Assembly (NCBI RefSeq): GCF_006345805.1
Contig: NC_042999.1
Coordinates: 119,846,001-119,910,000 of the forward strand
From: Octopus sinensis
Taxonomy: Eukaryota
Reading direction: 5' to 3'
DNA length: 64,000 bases
Shown: positions 13,656 through 26,339 of the stretch, one piece after another
Layout of the letters: each line of letters starts with the position of its first letter
How positions within the stretch are numbered: the stretch's first letter is position 1
The notes under the pieces: generated by a model
Databases searched by the model: none
What the model saw: the letters and a program-made list of their open reading frames with translations, nothing else
Told to the model about the DNA's origin: nothing
Made by a program: the position numbers and the translations under genes

Positions 13656-14769
13656 AGTATTACACTGGGCAGATAAATAACTGTATCTTAATTTAGGCGA
13701 GATATCAACTTGATTTTCTGGGGAAATATTCTACAGCTCTAACAATTAAAAGATCTAATTTTCATAGACATATATATACAACGTACAGTCAGAATTTCCG
13801 GAGCGTAGGTATTCATGTTATAAAAGCAAGAAGAGCAGAAGAATCCAGTTGAATTGTATGCGCAGCGAAGGAGCTATTACAGACAATATTGTTCTAGACA
13901 ACGAACATGGTAACTCGAAAATCTTGAGAGTACTAACAAGAGAAGAAATACCTGCGATAACGCAAGAAGCGTCTGTAAGGCTTTACAATAAGATGAGATT
14001 CTAATCTTCTGGTTATTATGCTTGATAAACGACATAAGATGTTTAATATGATACTAACAGAGATAAGAACAAAACTTTACTGGCTCATTAAAAGAATGAA
14101 AGAGTATGTTTATCTCACAAACTAAGAAACTGTAAGATCCAAAATCTACAAACCCACAACATAGCTTTCTACAACACATAAAGTCTTATGATGCATAATT
14201 ATTTTAAGCAATATAACAGTTATTGCATAAGCTTTCGGGGAAAATTTGATTTATACCAAGAACGACAAAGTCATACAGCAAATGTTCGTATGAATTTAAG
14301 AACTGAAACCGAATCATAGCCTAAGACTAAATAAAGAGAAATATGTATATGAACATGACATTTTCATCCATAATTCGTTTGGCGATATTTCCTACACATT
14401 GTTGTTGAAAACAGCGTGTATGAAGATATAATAAACACGTCAAGTTTGCGAATATAGTCGTTTAACTGTTTTCAAATTATAATTGAAGAAGAATATTCGA
14501 AGAGATCTCCCTTTCTGTTCTTGCTTTCTGCTTGGCGACAAGATAACAGGACTCAAAGAGGCGGCAAAATGTGTGGTAGTCTACAGGAAGAAAGCTAAAG
14601 TTGCCATTCCTGCTGAGCATTTGGGAGCAACAGCCCGAACGACAATAGTGTGTCGCTTAAAATTCGACAACTAGAATCCGCAACAGATACTGAAGAGGAA
14701 AGAACGTTCAAACATATGGGGGGGGGGGGGAATATAGTTCAAGTGACTAAGTCGAAGTAGTTCGGGACC

Positions 14770-15060
14770 GTGCTAGGTCCTCTTCAAATGTGAAATCCTC
14801 CTACTGAAACACTTAATAGTCTAGATAAGTGACAGAGAACTCACTTTCTACCAAAAATATTTAGGGAGAAAAAACAGTCACATTAAAGTATAGAGAATTC
14901 CACCTTGGTTTGACATGTAATAGGTTTTGGCTTGTGTTATCTCGTATGTCAGTGACACCCTCTTCGACATAGAAGTTCGGAGAGGGAGTTTAGGTTGGTA
15001 TGACAGAGATCCTCCTGTAGATTAAACAGTATAATGTGGAAAGGATGTCAGAGCGTATCC
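14770..15060 (-). mobile_element. Possible LINE ORF1 remnant
   Basis: Frameshifted PHYT.. and EEGVTDIR.. resemble the PHxTLNxSxGVI / QGVTDVxRI motifs of gag-like ORF1. Confidence 0.3.
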
Positions 15061-15120
15061 ATCTAGCCAATGGCACCTGCAACAATACAACCGAAATAGG
15101 TCATACAGGGATATCATATT

Positions 15121-15207
15121 TTTTCGGCTGATATACCCTCCAGCCTTCATCAGGTGTCTTGGGGAAATTCCCTAAGGTATTTTTCGATGTTGTTGTTGTT
15201 GTTCTTG

Positions 15208-15238
<31 letters not shown>

Positions 15239-15270
15239 TATCATTATTATTATTATTATTATCATTATTA

Positions 15271-15350
<80 letters not shown>

Positions 15351-15697
15351 TATTATTATTATTCAGGTCACTACCTGGAAGCGAACTCGGAATTTTGGGA
15401 TTAGTAGCCCGCTCTCTTAACCAGTGGTTAAGAGCGTGGGCTACTAACCCTAAGATTGAGAGTTCTATTCCAGGTAGTGACCTGAATAACAGCAACAATA
15501 GCAACAACAACAACAATAATAATAATAATAACATCGAAAAATACCTTAGGAATGAGAACCAGTTTCGAAATTTTCTAAGACACCTGACGAAGGTTGGAGG
15601 GTATCTCAGCCGAAACAATATGAGGACAAATATCCGTCAAATGTAAGCAATATAAATAATGTACATAATTCCTCATCTCTTAAATATAGAACTGTAG
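15121..15697. mobile_element. Head-to-head foldback pair of family E SINEs (tRNA-like head, AAT/AAC tract, hammerhead-like tail)
   Basis: Symmetry centre at G15424 (CTCTTAACCA-G-TGGTTAAGAG); left arm 15121-15423 pairs with 15425-15615; head has TGGTTAAG A-box and GAGTTCTATTCC B-box-like motifs; the + copy runs on to 15697. Confidence 0.85.
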
Positions 15698-15939
15698 ACA
15701 GAAATGTATTCAGATCCAACGCCTTCAATGTGTCAATGAAAATAATAACTGGACTAGGAGACAATACAAAATAATTGTCAATGGTGTGGGATATCTCCGT
15801 TCAAGGTTCAGCTACAGGTTCTTAAATGGATTCCCAGAGGATCAACAATATTTCATGGAGATCGACTCATCCGGTTTCCAAGATCATTAAGTAAATCATT
15901 AACTCCTGTCTTTCTCTCTTTTTTCTATTTTTACCAACG

Positions 15940-17010
15940 TGGACCTTCTGAGAGTGAGGCATATAAATGCACGCGGGCTGGGGAGAACGTGGAAGAAGGG
16001 ACGCTTATTCAATAACCCCAGATCGCTAGGCTTCGATGTTATAGTCACCAATGAAACCAGGATTTCCGACACGCACGCATACACTCTCTAGCATCGATTT
16101 CTGGCGATTTTGATATTGTATTCATCTCTAACTCGATCCAGAATTAGGAAAGAGGTGGTTCTGCTGTTTTGGAATACTCTGGGCCTTGAGATACGGGAAT
16201 ATTTCCGAACCAAAACGGTAAGTTTGTTATCCTGGACATGAAAGTAGTGTCTTGAATCCAGTCCCTGTGTATACCCCGACTGGGTTGGGCCAGTCGGATT
16301 TTTTTCAAACATCCGCAGGTTTTCTTTGAGATGACTTTAGCAGCAGTAGGTTATTGAAATGCAATATTGGATGCATGTGAACATTGTGTAGAACTAGCTG
16401 ATGTGAGAGATGTAAAAAGTCTCTTAAACCTGCTCAGTTATTTCTAGTGGGCTTACAAACATGGACTAGATTTCCCAAAGAGGGTGTCGCTGACATCCGA
16501 CATAATGTGGATATAAGTAAAAAATCCCGAGTCATACAGATAGTATCTAGATAGTTTATTCTGTGGGCTAGCAGACTGGGAAAGCTTAGCTTATTCAGAA
16601 GTGAAATTGGTCGGTTACGCTAACTACAAATTTGGGATCTGTACGATCGACTTGGATAGGATGCAGAGAAACTGAACAAATCTTTGCCGGCGCATCAATT
16701 TTGCAGAAACCGGATTAATGAACTAGTCAAGAGAGGGGTTAATCGTCAAAAAATAATGGAGTTCAACATTGAAAAGGCCTATCAGTTTAGAGTCGATAAG
16801 TTTTAATAAGAGATTAGTGATAGAGAATTCTAGATTGAAGGAAGTGCCAGCGAGTAACCTAATGAGGCATTTAGGCAGTGCTGGAAGCAAGATTGGCTCG
16901 TGATCAACTCTTCAATGTTATGCACGAAAGTTGTGCTGTGAGGGCAAGAGCACGTGTTGTAAGACACGAGGGAATGAAAGCTGTCCGATTGATCAAAGCT
17001 AGCAGACGTG
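15940..17010 (+). mobile_element. L1/Tx1-type LINE ORF2 apurinic endonuclease region, decayed
   Basis: INARGLG...FDVIVTNETR (LNVRGL/QETH-like), VYPD, YLDSLFC (YLDR-like), NYKFGICTIDLDRMQR..KLNKSL, and ORF 16878-17069 LARDQLFNVMHESCAVRARAR. Confidence 0.7.
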
Positions 17011-17479
17011 TAATTTGGCAAGAAAGCCACACTTTGGGCTTTTCGGATCGAGAGAGACTCGTGATGTAAGCAAATGTGTTCATGCCATGGTTAATGGTAT
17101 ACCGACACACGCTGAGAATATAATATCTCTTGCGTTTCCTTCATGGTACGCATATGCACTCGCCGTTTGCCAGATGCGCTCTTACACAAATTATATCTTC
17201 GACAGACTTACATTTCCTGGATCAAGCGTAAACCAAAGTATGATTCACGGCTCCTACAGAGCTGTCAAGCGCTCACTGTTCACTTCTGCTAGTCGAATAA
17301 TGTGGTCGGTGCATGATCCATCGTTTCGTTCTACAGAGGATTAGGGGTGGAGAGGTACGAACGACATTCTCAAGGAAAATTTGAAAGTCGATGAAAATCA
17401 ACAGGCCTATACTGGAGTCGGTTAGTGTAATCGACATATCCCCTCACAGCCAAATTTCAGACCTTTGCAACGATTATTA

Positions 17480-17760
17480 TTATTTATCAGCATGTTATCA
17501 AATTTTTAATGTATGTTTCTATTTACTACGCCACCAAGTGTTACTCTGTATCCTATGTTCGCTTAAGTGTCTATAGAGTTGTGCTTGAATATTAGACCAG
17601 AACTATTGCTTTGTGGATTTGTTTTGTTGATTCTGATGTTATTTGAGTGTAACAGCTGCTGTGCAGACTATATGAAAGGCGAAATGTGTTTGGTAGGGTT
17701 TTTGTTTCGTATGTGTTCAGTGATAGGCAATATGTTCTTGGATAACGAGGAAAAATACTT
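17480..17760 (-). mobile_element. Probable non-LTR 3' end/UTR ending in AAT, homologous to 19380-19650
   Basis: GTTGATTCTGATGTT, CTGCTGTG and GAGTTGTG..TGAAT are shared in inverted orientation with 19440-19610. Confidence 0.5.
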
Positions 17761-17799
17761 TACGGAATTTGAATATACTACTTAAAACACTCATTCAAA

Positions 17800-18545
17800 C
17801 AGCTTGTATTTAACAGAAATATAAAGAGTTTTAAGCAGCAAGGAAACGTCTATAAAATCTCAACTGTAAGACAACCAAGGTCTCTTGTAAATAACAATGA
17901 AAAACTAATGGAAATAATTACTGAACCCAAAGAAAACATGAAAAGTCAGCAAGTACAAGGCCAAGTAATTATGATAGATAATTGTAAGTAAAAGGAACTA
18001 CAGAAGAAACTTCTAAAAGAAACTAAACTAAAACTGTCGCTGCAGAATATCATGAATAAGTGAAAAAAAATCCTGTACATGGTTAATATTAGAAAAAAGC
18101 TAAGCAGGTTGGAAGTAGACAAAGAAAAATCCTAACAATAGCTAATAAGAGCAAGATTTGAAATTGAAACAGAAGGAGTCTTGAGTGCGAAACAGGACCT
18201 TAGATATCCTAATAGAAAACACAAAGAATACTTAATGAAAGAGACTATAGAATATGTGGAGACAGGGGAAAAACAATTAAACGCATTGTCTCACGCATAA
18301 AATATGGTATATGGCAAAGAGCTGCTAATACTTATTATGGATATGCTACTCCAGATTGAAAACAAAATGAAGTCAGGCTATCTAGATATAAACATCAAGG
18401 AAAATAATGAACATTCTCATACTCTGATATGTAACATAATCCATTTCTATTTCAAACATCCCTAAGGAAGGATGCCGACAAGCTGTCGAAATACAAGGAT
18501 GTTGGAACTGAAGTAGTATAATTCAGTAAGAGAATGGACTAGCTG
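17800..18545 (+). mobile_element. Decayed R4/Dong-type 3' fragment
   Basis: ETEGVLSAKQD, RICGDRGKTIKRIVS (knuckle remnant), KLSKYKDVGTEV. Confidence 0.65.
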
Positions 18546-18867
18546 CAAGTAATATATCACAGCACGCACACACGTTCACATGCACGCATGCACGCACGCA
18601 CACACACACACACAAACACAAATAACATGAGCGTAAAAAAACGTGTACAAAGATCCAAAACTTTATGCATACATTCCAGAAGATAAATCTGCTAGATACA
18701 GCTCGCCAAGTGCGGGTAGCTTAGATCCGATACAATTGCCACCCAAACTTACCACACAACTTGCACAATTCGCTAGAAAATCCTCATCAAATGATATGCA
18801 GAAACTAAGAAAATACTTAGTCCACAGAAACACAATTTAATAAAATAACACATAGCCTTGTGGAGTC

Positions 18868-19282
18868 GATACCTGACACTATTTCTATGCTACCCACAAG
18901 GGGCTAAACACAGAGGGGACAAACAAGGACAGACAAACGGATTAAGTCGATTATACCAACCTCAGTAGGTAACTGGTACTTATTTAATCGACCCCGAAAG
19001 GATGAAAGGCAAAGTCGACCTTGGCGGAATTTGAACTCAGAACGTAGCGGCAGACGAAATACCTATTTCTTTGCTACCCACAAGGGGCTAAACGCAGAGA
19101 GGACAAACGGATTAAGTAGATTACATCAACTCCAGTGGGTAACTGGTACTTAATTTATCGACCCCGCAAGGATGAAAAGCAAAGTCGACCTCGGCGGAAT
19201 TTGAACTCAGAACGCAGCAGCAGACGAAATTCCGCGAAGCATTTCGTCCGGCGTGCTAACGTTTCTGCCAGCTCGCCGCCTT
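18868..19282 (-). mobile_element. Family A tRNA-like SINE dimer
   Basis: Head GGCGGCGAGCTGGCAGAAACGTTAGC at the 19282 end; two ~190-bp bodies joined at GAAATACCTATTTC (~19063). Confidence 0.9.
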
Positions 19283-19379
19283 CGATGCCTGACACTATGA
19301 CAGATAACAAGTCATACAACACCCACTTTTCGCAATGACCACTCAATATTACATCCTCACACACTTAAAATATACTCTA

Positions 19380-19740
19380 CAAAACAATTATCTGACGTTA
19401 AAACACGTAACACCTATCACGCAGCACATACAAATGACAAACCCAACCAAACACAGTTCATGTTTCACATATTCTACACAGCAGGTGTAACACTAAAACA
19501 ACATCAGAATCAACATAACAAAACAAAAACTGCTGGTGTAAAACATTCAAACACAACTCTACATACACATAAGACAATGCCAAACGCAGCGTAGCATCTG
19601 GTGGTGAAGCAAGTAAAAAAAAAATTAAAAATTGAAAACACGAATAATAACAATAGCAATAATAATAATAATAATAATACCAATAATAATAATAACAGCA
19701 ACAACAACAACAACAACAGCAACAACAATAATAATACTGC
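19380..19740 (+). mobile_element. Probable non-LTR 3' end followed by (AAT/AAC)n
   Basis: Inverted homolog of 17480-17760; runs into an AAT/AAC array at 19640-19737. Confidence 0.5.
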
Positions 19741-19999
19741 AACAGGAACAATGCTGTCGATGAAGGTGATGATGGAGACGAGGATCATGCTTGAAGAAGG
19801 CGTTTCAATAATGATGACGAAGATGTGGTTTACTCATGTGAATCTTTTCAACTAAATCTCGAGATTTCTTTTTAGATTTTAATTACTTTCCAAGAAACAA
19901 TTATAAAATCTATGAAAATAGAAAATAGTGTACCGTAAACAATGAAGGTAATATCACTGAAACACATACACATACACTCTTACATACCATGTGAACGCA

Positions 20000-20017
20000 C
20001 TCTTATATATATATTTG

Positions 20018-20072
<55 letters not shown>

Positions 20073-20269
20073 TATGGATTCTGCTACACACGCTTACGTA
20101 TATGTTTATTTGTGGTTTTGCAACCACACATAAATATGTATTTTCATATATATTTGTATATACATACATACACACACACATATATATATATGAATATATA
20201 TATGAATATATATATATATATACACATACATATTTATAATACATACATATATATATACATATGTATATT

Positions 20270-20326
<57 letters not shown>

Positions 20327-20400
20327 GCACACACACACACATATATATATATATTCTTATATATAGAGAGAAATATAGATATACATACACACACACACTC
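20000..20400. repeat. Long interrupted (TA)n/(CA)n array
   Basis: Direct reading. Confidence 0.95.
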
Positions 20401-20873
20401 ATATATTGCTAATAATTTTACGGTCTTTTATCAGGTTTCATTTTTGTTGTTTTCCCCCCTTGTTATTACCTGAATCTGGCGGTGGGGGTTTAATAGGGAA
20501 AAAAAAGAAAAAAAGACCGAACACAGCAACTAAACAACACTAAAAAAAATCAAGACAAACTAACGGAACAAAACAAAAGAAAGAACAACATTGAAGAAAT
20601 AATAGCTGCTTCTGTGGTCAACATTAATTTCCTTGGGCGTAACATCAATAGTCTCAGATTAGAATGGGCTGAATTCAAAAGAAATAACTTGTATATAAAT
20701 ATTCACCATTATATTGAAGATGAAGACCAAAAGCATAATTTTGTTTGGCTTACGTTTTTATTTTTAGCACTTTTGTTTAGCCTTTTCGTTCTATAATCAT
20801 CATAATCTTCATTATGATCAAAGTTTGTTACCACCAGCGTATTTAACCAACGCTATGACTATTACTACAACAA

Positions 20874-20911
<38 letters not shown>

Positions 20912-21784
20912 ACCATCCCTCTTTTCATTAGCACCGCCCTCGGTATCACCACCGTCAACCCCTAGTACTGCCGAGTTATTACGCTAACATCACAATCCTC
21001 AATTTTACTTTTATGTTTTCTATTCTTATTCCATCATCGCCATCATTATTCCCATACAAATTATAATCTCGACACATCACCATCATTATCATCATCATCA
21101 TCGTTGTCGTCGTTGTCGTCATCATCATCACCATTATCATCGCCATTAGCACCACGACGGCCACCACTACCATCGGAAACTCTATTAGTATGGTGATTGG
21201 CTTCATTGTTGTTTTTGATATTGATGTTTTAAATTCCTATTTGGCTGCTGTTTTTTCTTTGCCTCTGTTCTTATCAGTCTACTTATATAGTGAGTTTTTT
21301 AATATTATTTTTTTATTTTATTTTATTTTTTGTTGTTTTTTTTATTTCATAATTCTTGAAATATATTCTGAGTGATAAATCAATAAAGAAAATATTTACA
21401 TAGCCATATCAAAGTCATGCAACAAATTTCCTGTGGAGGTAAGAGTAAGAGAGTATATGAGACAGAGAGAAAGAAAGAGAGTAAGAGATGTAGAGTGAGT
21501 GTTTGAGAGAAAGAGAAACAAGTGGATGGGAAAGTTAGGAACAGTTAAAGATTATAAAATATGGGAGGCAAAGAAACCAGTAAAATAGGGGTTGCTAATA
21601 CTTGATTCAAGTTAACCAAGAAACAATTTTAATGAAATACATAATTCCAGGTCCCTTTTAATATGGTTACGAGTCTTTTTTCATCCTTAATTAAGCAATA
21701 GCCGACACAAGATGCTTCAACCATCATTTCTGTGGGCATGGTCATCTAGTGATATACTAAGTATACCCAAACAAGCAGACACGC

Positions 21785-21806
21785 ATTTATATATATATGT
21801 GTGTGC

Positions 21807-21848
<42 letters not shown>

Positions 21849-22049
21849 GGGGAGAGAGAGAAAGAGAGAGAGGCAGATATATATGTAAGTACATATGTAT
21901 GTGTATATATACAAATGCACACGCACACATATATACATATATGAATAGAGAGGTAGATCTATTTGTATATGTATGTATGTATGTATGGTATTCATATATA
22001 TGTATATGTATGCATGTTTGTATATATATATTTATGTATGTTTGTGTGT

Positions 22050-22080
<31 letters not shown>

Positions 22081-22105
22081 TAGGTATATGTATACACATG
22101 CATAC
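21785..22105. repeat. (TA)n/(GA)n/(TATG)n compound array
   Basis: Direct reading. Confidence 0.9.
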
Positions 22106-22982
22106 ACTTGTATGGGGTAGAGTCACATGGGAAACGTAGTGAGCAGAAACATTTCAATTAGCTAAGATTATCCTCAGGAGATGAATTTTAGAATATCAGT
22201 GAAACTCACTTTAAAAAAAAAAAACAAGGGCAATGAAAGAGAAGTGGAGCTTATTTCGTAGAATCGCTGATCCAACAAGATCGGATAGGGTTCGAACTTG
22301 TTGAACTTCTTCAGCAATGCATATTTACTTCAGTATGGTTATATTTAAAATTATCAAAGAGATACAGAAAGGGAAAAGAGTGTACATATGCTGTCTTACG
22401 GATATCGAAAATAGATAGAGGAAAAATATTTAGGGAAGCTTTTTCTAGAATAGAGTGTCACACAAAACGTCGTGCGAGGAAAAGCTGCAAAGGAGAAAGA
22501 GGAAGAGAAGGATTGTATATGAGTGAGTGTGTGTGGGAGAGAGAGAGAGAGTGAAAAAGGGGAGAGGGAGAAGGAGAGTAAACACGAGAATTCATATTTC
22601 TTTCACTGCCATTATTATTCGTATTCAAATTATAATCTCGATACTCATTCTCAGCATCATCATTATCGTCATCATCGTCACCAGTATCATCATCATCATC
22701 ATCATCATCATCACCATTACCACTACAACGGCCACTGCTACCGACGGAATCTCTTTTATTATAATGACTGGCTTCATTACTGTATTTCCTTGTTGATGCA
22801 TAAGCATTGCATATAAGAATAAGGGCTCCGCCAGTCAATGAGCACCTTGCTATCATGTATCTGCACATGTCTACGCAGGCCTGTAGTTGCTCATGCTCAA
22901 AAACATTTCTTACCTTTATTCTTCACGACACTAATGTTATGCAATGACAGGTCATCACCAGGATCGATATAGCTAGGTGCCA

Positions 22983-23209
22983 ATAAGGTGGCGAGCTGGC
23001 AGAAACGTTAGCAAGCCGGGCGAAACGTGTAGCCGTATTTCGTCTGCCGTTACGTTCTGAGTTCAAATTCCGCCGACATCGACTTTGCCTTTCGGGGTCG
23101 ATAAATTAAGTACCAGTTACGCACTGGGGTCGATGTAATCGACTTAATCCTTTTGTATGTCCTTGTTTGTCCTCTCTGCGTGTAGCCCCTTGTGGGTAGT
23201 AAAGAAATA
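22983..23209 (+). mobile_element. Full-length family A SINE with 17-bp target-site duplication
   Basis: GATATAGCTAGGTGCCA at 22966-22982 and 23210-23226; head GGTGGCGAGCTGGCAG, B-box-like GAGTTCAAATTCC, tail AAAGAAATA(G). Confidence 0.92.
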
Positions 23210-24129
23210 GATATAGCTAGGTGCCAGTGTCACCACACAGGTTGCAGTCAGAATGCAAAGGTCGAAATAAAAACCAATGGGCATTTAATGATACTACCAA
23301 CCCACTGCTTTGGTGCAGTATTATTTTTATCAGTCCGAATATAACAGAAGTTAAAGTTAATCTCATCGGCATTCGAACTTCAAGCGATTACGATTATCGC
23401 AATGTATTGTGTATACATGAAAAAGAAACAAAAAATAAATAAAAATGAAATAAAATAATATTTTTGCTCACAGAAGTCAGTTGAGTAATAATAAATTCAC
23501 AAAGCATTAACATTCTTCCACTCCCAACGCGTGAAATAAAAATGTTTTGTCCATGATATATTTTCCTACTTCATCAACATGGGCTTCACGTATTACATCG
23601 ATATTTCATCAGCACCTAAACTGCTCAGAAATAGCCGCCTCCTCAAAAGTTTCACAGAAGAAAATATCACCCCTTTGGTATTTACGATGCAACAATGCGA
23701 TTGTTGATAATATTATCATGGTAGGTTAACGCTGTCCAAGGCTAAAGGATCTTTGCTTGCATGCAGTGCCGGCAGCAAGTGGTGACGAAAACGCCTTCGT
23801 TGTTTAAAACTGACGGCCAGCATTAATCAAGGATGGCCAGGAGTTAAACAAAATTATTTATTATTTCAAGACGGTCATTAACACCAAAAACTGAGAATGA
23901 GTTATATTCTAACTTTTGACATTTTAAATATATAAACCTTGCTATTGCTATAGTATTACAACAAAATATAAAAACAAAAACAAAGAGAAACAAAAAACAC
24001 AAACAAAACGTAAAAAGAACATTTTTGACAGGAATTAAATCATTCATATCTATATTTTTACCGGTTGAAAAGTCATACAATTCACATCAGACAGTATTTT
24101 TCTTATTCGTTTAATTGTTTAAATCATTT

Positions 24130-24368
24130 TGACAGCGGCCATGCTGGAGCACTACCTTAAAGGGTTTCAGACGAAGAAATCGAGCCCAAGACTTACTCTT
24201 TGTAAACCTGGTACTTATTCTATCGGTGTCTTACCGAACTGCTAAGCTACGAGGACATATACACACCAGCATTGGTTATCAAGCAATGGTGGGGGAACAA
24301 AAGCAAACACACACACAGAATATATATATTGAAATTCGACGGGCGTCTTTCAGTTTCCATCTACTTAA
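24130..24368 (-). mobile_element. Family B SINE, 3' part
   Basis: Reverse complement of the tail of 24381-24790 (GCCATGCTGGAGCAC...GTACTTATTCTATCGG). Confidence 0.8.
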
Positions 24369-24380
24369 TCGGCTTAAAAA

Positions 24381-24790
24381 GCGCAGGAGTTGCCATGTGG
24401 TAAGTAGCTTGTTTATCAACCACATGGTTCCGGGTTCAGTCCCAATGCGTGGCACCTTGGGCAAGTGTCTTCTACTATAGCCTCGGCCGACCAAAGCCTT
24501 CTGAGTGGATTTGGTAGACGGAAACTGAAAGAAGCCCGTCGTATATATGTATATATATGTATATATGTGTGTGCGTGTATGTTTGTGTTTGTCCCCCTAG
24601 CATTGCTTGACAACCGATGCTAGTGTGTTTATGTCCCCGTCACTTAGCGGTTCGGCAAAAAGAGACCGATAGAATAAGTACTGGGCTTACAAAGAATAAG
24701 TCCCGGGGTCGAGTGGCTCGATTAAAGATGGTGCTCCAGCATGGCCGCAGTCAAATGACTGAAACAAGTAAAAGAGTTAAGAGTAAGAGT
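24381..24790 (+). mobile_element. Full-length family B tRNA-like SINE
   Basis: Head GCGCAGGAGTTGCC..TGGTAAG, B-box GGTTCAGTCCC, CORE-like CCTTGGGCAAGTGTCTT, internal TA/TG tract, tail CAAATGACTGAAACAAGTAAAAGA. Confidence 0.9.
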
Positions 24791-24975
24791 AATCCACTCA
24801 CGAGGCTTTGGTCGGCCTGAAGCTGTAGTAGAAGATACTTGCATAAGGTGCCATGTGGTTGAGAAGCAAACGTCTTACCACACAGCCACACCTGCGCCTA
24901 TTCTTACCACACAGCCACACCTGCACCTATTCTTACCACATAGCCATACCTGCACCTATTCTTACCACACAACAA
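24790..24975 (-). mobile_element. Family B SINE head with 29-bp reiteration of its 5' end
   Basis: TCTTACCACACAGCCACACCTGCACCTAT-like units start at 24873, 24902, 24931 and 24960. Confidence 0.85.
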
Positions 24976-24984
24976 CCCCTTTAA

Positions 24985-25770
24985 ATAATGATTTCAAATT
25001 TTGGCACAAGGCCAGCAATTTCAGGAGAGTGGCTGAGTTGATTACATCGATGCGAAAACTCAACCGGAATTTATTTTATCGACCCTGAAAGGACGAAAGG
25101 TGAAGTCGATCTTGGAGGAATATGAACTCAGAACGTGGAGACAGACGAAATGTTGCTAAGCATTTTGCCCGGTGTGCTACCGATTATCTGCTCTCCGCCT
25201 TGACATAATCTTAAATAATTATTTCAAATTTTTCTCACAAGGGTAGCTTGGGGGAAGTGGGGACGAGTCGATTACATCGATTCCTAAAGGATGAAAGGCA
25301 AAGTCGACTTCGGCGAAATTTGAACTCAGAACGTAGCCACGAGCGAAATACCTATTTCTTTACTACCCACAAGGGGCTAGACACAGAGAGGACAAACAAG
25401 GACAGACAAACGCATTAAGTCGATTACCTCGACCCCAATGCATAACTGGTACTTATTTAATCGACCCCGAAAGGATGAAAGGCAGAGTCGACCCCTGCAA
25501 AATTTGAACTCAGAACATAACGGCAGACGAAATACCTACTTCTTTACCACCAACAAGGGGCTAAACACAGAGAGGAGAAACAAGGACAGACAAACGAATT
25601 AAATCGTTTATATCGACACCATTGCATAACTGGTACTTATTTAATCGTCCCCGAAAGGATGAAAGGCAAAGTCGACCTCGGTGGAATTTGAACTCAGAAC
25701 GTAACGGCAAACGAAATTCGGCTACGCATTTCGCCCGGCCTGCTAACGTTTCTGCCAGCTCGCCGCCTTA
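24985..25770 (-). mobile_element. Family A SINE multimer cluster (about 4 bodies)
   Basis: Repeated GAAAGGATGAAAGGCAAAGTCGAC bodies; junctions GAAATACCTA(T/C)TTC at ~25352 and ~25536; head at 25770. Confidence 0.9.
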
Positions 25771-26339
25771 ACATTGTCTAAAATAATAAGGTACGTTTTA
25801 TCATTTTTACGTCATTCAACCCAAAAGACCATCAAATTTCCAGTGGAATTCAAATGCTAACACATTTACTTGGTTTGTAAGAACCTTCCCCTCAAAACAA
25901 CATAGATATTTCAATTCAGCAGCCCTTCTGTAATCTATGCAGTGTGTGTGAGAGAGAGGAGAGAGAGAACATAGCAAACAATGAATGAAAGAAACATGAA
26001 ACGAAAAAAATCGTATAAATTAAAGGGCAGTATTACAGATGTATACGCCCCGACTTTGATGTTGTGGCTTCAGGGTATATAGTGATTTATAAGAAAGACA
26101 TTTTCCGAGCGGGTGGAGAGTTTTGGGAAACTCACATGATCTGACTTTTTTCCCTCACAACTTTCAGGAAGATGGGTATCTTTTAATGTAAATTTATACA
26201 AATCCCTTTCAAACGGCAGAGATTACGATTATAAAGAAATTTGTGGGGAATTATTTTTCAGGGATTTTCCTCATTTTTTCTTAAGCCACAGCCTTCGAAA
26301 TGATGGGGTGAGGTGGGGCATCTTTGTATGAAAAAAGTT

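Noticed and set aside
18462-18500. GACA-AGC-TGTC-GAAA hairpin resembling a hammerhead stem II
   Set aside because: Lies within R4-type coding sequence (KLSKYKD); no core
22285-22320. CTGAAGA on the minus strand followed by GTTC..GTTCGAA
   Set aside because: Stem II arms are direct rather than complementary; GAAA is incomplete
23560-23700. Minus-strand KYQRGD...NIDVIRE resembling a mariner N-terminus
   Set aside because: Similarity too short and interrupted to support a feature call
24873-24975. Regular 29-bp repeats resembling a CRISPR array
   Set aside because: No unique spacers, eukaryotic context, and the unit is the SINE 5' end
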